This document shows, in pieces, positions 6,986-12,056 of a stretch of DNA of 12,056 bases (within the stretch, counting starts at the first letter, position 1; every line of letters begins with the position of its first letter). The translations under genes were made by a program, and so were the position numbers. The notes beneath the pieces are model-generated. The model saw nothing but the letters and a program-made list of their open reading frames with translations, was not told where the DNA came from and did no database searches. Origin of the DNA: a bacterium (GTDB lineage: Bacteria > Pseudomonadota > Alphaproteobacteria > Acetobacterales > Acetobacteraceae); the NCBI GenBank assembly GCA_027311165.1, contig DAICZL010000605.1:1-12056 (forward strand), in the 5' to 3' direction.

Positions 6986-8581
6986 TCAGCCGTCGCGACG
7001 CACGTTCCAGAACAGCGCGAAGCCGTTGAGCACCCCGGCCAGGTCGCTGCGATAGGCGGTCGCCTGGAAATACTGGCCGAGCGGCAGATAGGGCACGTCC
7101 AGCATCGCCTGGCGCTGGATGTCGGCGGCGATGCGCTGCTGGGCGGCCTGGTCGGGCGCGTCGAACCAGGTCTCCCGCAGCCGCTCGATCACCGGCGCGT
7201 CCGGCCAGCCCACCCAGGCGCCGGCGCCGTTGCCGCGCAGCGAGATATGCCCGGCGGGGTTCAGCATGTCGGTGCCGGCCCAGGCGGTGAAGAAGCAGTT
7301 CCAGCCGCCCTGGGCCGGCGGGTCCTTCTTCGCCCGCCGCTGCACCACCGTGCCCCAGTCCAGCGCCTGGTAGTCCACCGCGAAGCCGGCCTGCTGCAGC
7401 ATGTCGGCGCCGACATCGGCGAGCGCCTTCAGCACCGGGAAATCGGCCGCGACGATCAGCACCACCTTCTCCACGCCATAGCCGGCGGCCTTGATCTCGC
7501 GCCTCACCCGGTCGAAATCGCGCGGGCCGGTCAGCGCCGCCATGCCGGCATCGCTCGCCATCGGCGTGCCGGGGCAGAAGAACCCCACGCCGGCATGCCA
7601 CATCGACGGATCGGTGCCGTTCACCGCGGTCATGAAGTCTTCCTGGTTGACCGCGCCCAGCAGCGCCCGGCGGATCGCCGGATTGTCGAAGGGCGGCTGC
7701 AACTGGTTCATCCGCATGATGGCGATCTGCCCGGACGGATCCTGCACCACCACCTTCACGCCCGGGCTGGCACGCAGCATTCCCACCAGATCGGTCTGGG
7801 CATAGTCCCACCAGTCCTGCTCGCCATTCTGCAGCGCCGCCGCGGCGGTCGCGGCATCGGCGATGGTGGTCCATTCCACCCGGTCGAAATGAACCACCTT
7901 CGGCCCCGCCGTCCAGTCGGGAACGCCCTGCGCGCGCGGCACGTAGTCCGGGTTGCGCTCGTACACCACCCGCGCCCCGGGGATGCGTTCATCGGCGCGG
8001 AAGCGGTAGGGGCCGCTGCCGATCATCTCGGTGATCTGGGTGAACGGATCGGTGTTCGCCAGCCGCTCGGGCATCATCGCCGGCATCGGCGAGGGCGACT
8101 TGCCGAGCGCCTCGGGCAGCAGCGGAAAGGGCTTTTTCAGCCGGAACACGATCTTCCGGTCATCGGGGGCGGACAATTCGTCGGTGGCCGCCAGCAGGGC
8201 CTGGCCGAAGGCGTCGCGCCTGCCCCAGCGGCGGATCGATGCGGCACAGTCGCGCGCCAGCACGGGCGCGCCGTCGTGGAATTTCAGCCCCTCGCGCAGC
8301 GTCAGCGTCCAGCGCCGGCCATCCTGTTCGACCAGCGCGCCTTCGACCATCTGCGGCGAGGCCTTGTAGTGGCCGTCCTGGCCGAACAGCGTGTCGAACA
8401 CCAGGTAGCCGTGATTGCGGGTGACATAAGCGGTGGTCCAGTGCGGATCGAGCACCGCCAGATCGGCCTGCGGTATGAAGCGCAGGACCCGCTGGGTCTC
8501 CGCCCGCCCGATCCGCGGCAGCGCGAGCGTGGCTGCCGAGGCCGCCAGCGTGGTGCTCAGTACCTTCCGCCGACCGATCAT
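6986..8581 (-). CDS. ABC transporter substrate-binding protein, family 5 (DppA/OppA-like). Orphan paralog of the SBP at 1931..3523.
   Basis: The listed ORF 6986..8920 is trimmed to ATG 8579-8581 ('MIGRRKVLSTTLAASAATLALPRIGRA', a Tat-type signal). A GGAGGA SD lies 7 nt upstream. The upstream 113 codons are R/P/G-rich junk. It is roughly 50% identical to SBP1 over the whole length (e.g. 'RVLRFIPQADLAVLDP', 'FHDGAPV', 'FTQITEMIGSGPYRF', 'GGWNCFF'). Confidence 0.9.
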   Translation of the reverse strand: MIGRRKVLSTTLAASAATLALPRIGRAETQRVLRFIPQADLAVLDPHWTTAYVTRNHGYLVFDTLFGQDGHYKASPQMVEGALVEQDGRRWTLTLREGLKFHDGAPVLARDCAASIRRWGRRDAFGQALLAATDELSAPDDRKIVFRLKKPFPLLPEALGKSPSPMPAMMPERLANTDPFTQITEMIGSGPYRFRADERIPGARVVYERNPDYVPRAQGVPDWTAGPKVVHFDRVEWTTIADAATAAAALQNGEQDWWDYAQTDLVGMLRASPGVKVVVQDPSGQIAIMRMNQLQPPFDNPAIRRALLGAVNQEDFMTAVNGTDPSMWHAGVGFFCPGTPMASDAGMAALTGPRDFDRVRREIKAAGYGVEKVVLIVAADFPVLKALADVGADMLQQAGFAVDYQALDWGTVVQRRAKKDPPAQGGWNCFFTAWAGTDMLNPAGHISLRGNGAGAWVGWPDAPVIERLRETWFDAPDQAAQQRIAADIQRQAMLDVPYLPLGQYFQATAYRSDLAGVLNGFALFWNVRRDG

Positions 8582-9123
8582 GGCGTATCCTCCGCTTCGC
8601 GGCCGAAATCCCCGGGCGGGGGGCCGGCAGTTGCCTTCCCGACCGCCCCGCATGCGGACGCGCCGCCCGCGACGCTGCTGTCCGGTCCGAAGCCATGGCC
8701 CGAGCCGCCGCCGCCTGGGCGGGCCGGGGCAGTCCTGCTGTGACCGTCGGCACGCCCCATGGTCCAGCCGGGCAGGGCAGCGTCGGGGGGATACCCCGGC
8801 CGGCGCGGCGTCGCGGTGGGGGCAGCGGGTGCGGAGTGCCGCCCCTGCGCGGCGACGGGCGATGTCGTGCCCGGTGCCGCACGCCTCCGGCCTGGCCGTG
8901 GCAGTGCCGGCCCCGTGCACAGATTTCCTTGCCGTAGCATCGCCGGCCTTTCCCGCTGATCCTGGATGCGTCCGGCCGGGGCTTCCCCCGGAGGCTCATC
9001 ACAGCGATGACGTTCGGGCGCACGATGGCACCCGGCCTGGCCCGCCGCAAGCAAACGTTCCGTAATGATTGAATAATCTCTATTTATGAATGAACGGAAC
9101 GAGCGCGCAGGATAACGGGCGAT

Positions 9124-9148
9124 GAGGATGGGAGTGAGAGGATGGGAG
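9124..9148. repeat. Direct repeat GAGGATGGGAG x2 separated by TGA, 6 nt from the LivK-like gene stop
   Basis: Two exact 11-mers at 9124-9134 and 9138-9148. A third partial copy (GATGAGGATGGGAG) starts at 9121. Confidence 0.5.
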
Positions 9149-9153
9149 GTCGG

Positions 9154-10356
9154 TCAGGGGTGCAGCAGGGGGCAGGCGCTTTCCGCCACCGGTCGGAACA
9201 TCGCCTCGCCCGGGGCGCTCGACAGCACCTGGTAGATATCGCTCGCCGAGGCCGATTGCGCCGGCGACTTCACCTGCATCAGATACATGCGCTGCAGCAC
9301 CCGCCCGTCGGCGCGCACCGTCACCTCGTCGTTATACATGTCGCTGACCTTCAGCGCCCGCATCGCCGCGGCCACGGTGGCCGGTTCGGTCGTGCCCGCC
9401 TGGCGGACCGCGCGCAGGAAATGCCGCACGCCGCTATAGGTGCCGGCCTGGTTCATGGTGGGCAGGCTGTCCTTGCGGGCGCGGAAGCGGCGCGTCCAGT
9501 CCCGCGTCGCCGGGTTGAGATCCCAGTAGAACGAATTGGACAGCACCAGCCCCTGCGCCGTCTGCAGGCCGATCGCGGCCACGTCGGTTTCGAACATCAG
9601 CAGCGCCGCCAGCGACTGCCCGCCGGCGACCAGGCCGAATTCGGTCGCCTGCTTGATCGCGTTCTGCGTGTCCGGCCCGGCATTGGCGATCCCGATCACC
9701 TGCGCGCCGGACGCCTTGGCCTGGAGCAGAAAGCTCGAGAAATCGGTGGTGCCCACCGGATGAACCGCCGCGCCCAGCACCTTGCCGCCCGCCGCCTGCA
9801 CCGCCCGGGTCGCGTCGCGTTCCAGGGCATGGCCGAAGGCATAGTCGACGGTGAGGAAGAACCAGCTCCTGCCGCCACGCGCCGTCACCGCCCCGCCGGT
9901 GCTTTGCGCCAGCGCATAGGTATCGCTGGAGAAATGGAAGCCGAAAGGCGAGCACGCCTTGCCGGTCAGATCGGAACTGCCGGAGGTGGTGATCACGAAA
10001 ATGCAGCCCTTCTCGCGTGCTACCTGCTGGATCGCCAGTGCCGCGCCGGAGGACGCGCCGTCGGCGATCACATCCACGCCGACAGTGTCGATCCAGTGCC
10101 GCGCGATGGACGAGGCGAGGTCGGGCTTGTTTTGGTGATCGCCGGTGATCACCTCGATCGGCCGGTCGAGGAGGCGGTTGCCGATCTCCTCGGCCGCCAG
10201 CCGCGCCGCGATCACCGAGCCCGGTCCGCCGAGATCGGCATAGGGCCCGCTCTCGTCGCCCAGCACGCCGATGCGCAGCGGCCGGGTCGCCTGGGCCCGG
10301 GCGCTGGCCGGCAGGGCGAGCGCGGCGGTGAGCAGGCTTCGGCGCGAGAGGGGCAT
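9154..10356 (-). CDS. ABC transporter substrate-binding protein, branched-chain amino acid/amide (LivK/Peripla_BP_6, PBP type I) family. Orphan.
   Basis: A 400-aa protein from ATG 10354-10356 ('MPLSRRSLLTAALALPASARA' signal, GCGGAG SD upstream). 'LRIGVLGDESGPYADLGG...' is the typical LivK/LivJ-family N-terminus. The first 28 codons of the listed ORF were excluded. Confidence 0.85.
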   Translation of the reverse strand: MPLSRRSLLTAALALPASARAQATRPLRIGVLGDESGPYADLGGPGSVIAARLAAEEIGNRLLDRPIEVITGDHQNKPDLASSIARHWIDTVGVDVIADGASSGAALAIQQVAREKGCIFVITTSGSSDLTGKACSPFGFHFSSDTYALAQSTGGAVTARGGRSWFFLTVDYAFGHALERDATRAVQAAGGKVLGAAVHPVGTTDFSSFLLQAKASGAQVIGIANAGPDTQNAIKQATEFGLVAGGQSLAALLMFETDVAAIGLQTAQGLVLSNSFYWDLNPATRDWTRRFRARKDSLPTMNQAGTYSGVRHFLRAVRQAGTTEPATVAAAMRALKVSDMYNDEVTVRADGRVLQRMYLMQVKSPAQSASASDIYQVLSSAPGEAMFRPVAESACPLLHP

Positions 10357-10562
10357 CGGGCGAACTCCGCAAAAGCGAAGTGTCGCGGATCGCACCGGCG
10401 GGTTCAATCCCGGCGGGGAAAGGCCAGGGGTTTCACCCAACCTGCGTTCGACTGACCACGGGCCCTGCCCCAGACCCCTTCCGTTCGAGGATTCTCCCCA
10501 AAGGATGCGGGTCCTGAAGGGGGATGGGGACGTTCAGCGCCCCGGCGTGTCCCGCTCTGGTT

Positions 10563-10630
10563 GTGGTCCCGTCGGGGCCGTGGTGCCGCTGGGGCCGTGG
10601 TCCCTTTGGGGCTGTGGTCCCGTTGGGGCC
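10563..10630. repeat. Tandem array of four 17-bp units (GTGGTCCCGTCGGGGCC, GTGGTGCCGCTGGGGCC, GTGGTCCCTTTGGGGCT, GTGGTCCCGTTGGGGCC). Degenerate copies flank both ends (about 10546-10666).
   Basis: Read directly. The period is 17, which is not a multiple of 3, and each unit is itself quasi-palindromic (GGTCCC-N3-GGGGCC). It starts at the P450 stop codon and fills the P450/LivK-like intergenic region. Confidence 0.8.
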
Positions 10631-10653
10631 GGGGGCGGCGTCCTCGCCGTGTC

Positions 10654-11997
10654 CTATCCCGGAGCCGTCCCCCGCCGCAGCTGCAAGCGAAACCGCGGCG
10701 CGTGGTCGGGCTGGGTCGTCACCACCCCGACCGGGCTCACATCGGCCGGACCGTCCAGGGTGATCCGGAAGCGTCGCACCAGTGCGGCCAGCACCAGCGT
10801 GGCTTCGGTCAGCGCGAATTGCGCGCCGACGCAGTTGCGCGGCACGGCACCGAAGGGCAGATAGGCGAAGCGCGGCGGAGGCGGCGCTTCGGGCAGGAAG
10901 CGGGCGGGATCGAAAGTCTCGGGCGAGGTCCATAACCTGCGGTGGCGGTGCAGCACCCAGGGCGCGATCATCAGCACCGTCCCCGGCCGGATCGCCAGAT
11001 CGCCCGCCTGGTCCGGACCGATCGCCTGGCGCGCCATGGTGAAGGCCGGTGGATACAGCCGCAGCGCCTCGTTCAGCACCGCGCGGGTGAAGGGGATACG
11101 CCCCAGGACCGTCTCGTCGGCGAGGTCGTGCCCGGCTGCCTCTGCCGCGAGCCGGTCCTGGGCGGCCGGTGCCTGGGCGAGCAGATACAGCGCCCAGAAC
11201 AGCGCCACGCCGGTGGTTTCATGCCCGGCGGTGATCAGCGTCGCGATCTGGTCGCGCAACTGCTCCACCGGGAAGGTGGCGCCGGTTTCCGGATCGCGCG
11301 CGGCGCGCAGCAGGTCGAACAGGTCGCGCGGGGTGGCGCTTTCGGGCTGGTTCGCGCGCCCGGCGATGATGCGCGCCATCAGCCCCATCCAGCGGCGCTG
11401 GAAGCGCCGGCGCAGCAGGTCGTGCCAGCTCGGGATGCCGAGCGGCAGCAGCATGTCGAACAGGTGCGGCCGCGCCAGTCGTTCGGAGAATTCCGCGATC
11501 AGGGTTCGCAGTTCCGCGCCGTGGGTGTCCATCTCGACCGAGAACATCGACCGACCCGCGATGATGAGCGCCAGATGCTGCATCGCCGCCAGCAGATCCG
11601 CCGGGCCCTCCGCCGGCAGCCGCGCCAGCGCCTCATCGGTCGCGGCGGCGATGTGGGGGATCAGCAGCTTCATCATCCGCGGCGCCAGAGCCGGAGCGGT
11701 GGTCCTGCGCTGATGGCGCCAGGCATCGCCGGTGGCGAGCAACAGACCGTTGCCCACGATCGGACGCAGGATGCGGATCGACACCGCGGTGCGGCGATAA
11801 TTGCCGGGATTGTCCACCAGCACCTGGCGGATCATCTCCGGCGCGTTCAGCAGCACCGTGGTGCGGCCCAGCACGTTCTGGGTATAGCTGGCATCGCGGT
11901 AGGCGGCGTCTGGCCAGATGCCCAGCGCGTTGCGGCGCACGGCACCCAGATAGCCGCGCCAGGACAGCGGCGCGGTTGGCGGCGGCCCGCCCGGCAT
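10654..11997 (-). CDS. cytochrome P450 monooxygenase
   Basis: It has the heme-binding loop 'FGAVPRNCVGAQFA' (FxxGxRxCxG). It has the K-helix 'EALRLYPP' (ExxR) and the I-helix 'AGHETTG'. It is 447 aa from ATG 11995-11997, and the proline-rich 'MPGGPPPTAPL' is a typical P450 N-terminus. The reading frame stays open upstream to the window edge, so the true start could lie outside the window. Confidence 0.9.
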   Translation of the reverse strand: MPGGPPPTAPLSWRGYLGAVRRNALGIWPDAAYRDASYTQNVLGRTTVLLNAPEMIRQVLVDNPGNYRRTAVSIRILRPIVGNGLLLATGDAWRHQRRTTAPALAPRMMKLLIPHIAAATDEALARLPAEGPADLLAAMQHLALIIAGRSMFSVEMDTHGAELRTLIAEFSERLARPHLFDMLLPLGIPSWHDLLRRRFQRRWMGLMARIIAGRANQPESATPRDLFDLLRAARDPETGATFPVEQLRDQIATLITAGHETTGVALFWALYLLAQAPAAQDRLAAEAAGHDLADETVLGRIPFTRAVLNEALRLYPPAFTMARQAIGPDQAGDLAIRPGTVLMIAPWVLHRHRRLWTSPETFDPARFLPEAPPPPRFAYLPFGAVPRNCVGAQFALTEATLVLAALVRRFRITLDGPADVSPVGVVTTQPDHAPRFRLQLRRGTAPG

Positions 11998-12011
11998 CTG
12001 CCCCGCAGAAG

Positions 12012-12056
12012 CGGCCTCCCCAGACGTGGCCTCCCCAGACGTGGCCTCCCCAGACG
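12012..12056. repeat. Perfect tandem 15-bp repeat, at least 3 copies ([C/T]GGCCTCCCCAGACG on plus; CGTCTGGGGAGGCC[A/G] on the P450 strand). Truncated by the window end.
   Basis: Read directly. It ends 14 nt before the P450 ATG and stays in frame with the P450, where it would encode SGEAT pentapeptide repeats. Each unit carries an SD-like GGGGAGG. Confidence 0.8.

Noticed and set aside
9061-9100. Fur/Mur box in the AT-rich island
   Set aside because: The best alignment to the 19-bp Fur consensus matches only about 7 of 19 positions, and alphaproteobacteria mostly use Irr/RirA. That is too weak to call.
10563-10630. CRISPR array
   Set aside because: The repeats are 17 bp and directly abutting, with no spacers. 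That is a tandem repeat, not a repeat-spacer architecture, and there are no cas genes.
12012-12056. SGEAT pentapeptide repeat as a coding N-terminal extension of the P450
   Set aside because: It is in frame and open, but the canonical proline-rich P450 N-terminus starts right at the annotated Met. A non-coding 5' repeat is more parsimonious. It cannot be resolved without sequence beyond the window.
1-12056. Mobile elements, toxin-antitoxin pairs and defence systems
   Set aside because: There are no transposase, integrase or recombinase-like ORFs, no terminal inverted repeats flanking a unit, no small paired ORFs, and no nuclease, ATPase or methyltransferase signatures in any frame.

Overview
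This is a high-GC (~70%) chromosomal segment that looks alphaproteobacterial. I can support eight protein-coding genes. The lower 3.5 kb carries the first three genes of a dipeptide/oligopeptide-type ABC importer on the minus strand: a family-5 solute-binding protein (SBP), then DppB-like and DppC-like permeases, joined by ATGA and TTGA stop/start overlaps. No ATPase genes fall inside the window. Upstream, transcribed divergently, is an iron-sulfur-type APS/PAPS reductase gene (cysH). It converges on an SPFH/band-7-domain membrane protein gene. Further right, all on the minus strand, come a second orphan family-5 SBP that is a clear paralog of the first, an orphan LivK-like (branched-chain amino acid binding type) SBP, and a cytochrome P450. 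No rRNA, tRNA, CRISPR array, transposase, integrase or recognisable defence or toxin gene is visible, and I cannot honestly name a novel 'system' here. The unusual part is the non-coding architecture. Four intergenic regions (about 600, 840, 570 and 300 bp) hold no convincing ORF, which is a lot for this gene density. They contain a 37-bp imperfect palindrome with an AT-rich core in front of cysH, and AT-rich islands in otherwise 70%-GC DNA. They also carry terminator-like compound hairpins and two perfect tandem-repeat arrays. One is 4 copies of 17 bp immediately 3' of the P450 stop. The other is at least 3 copies of 15 bp immediately 5' of the P450 start, truncated by the window edge. High GC produces many long spurious ORFs, mostly antisense to real genes, and I did not annotate them.
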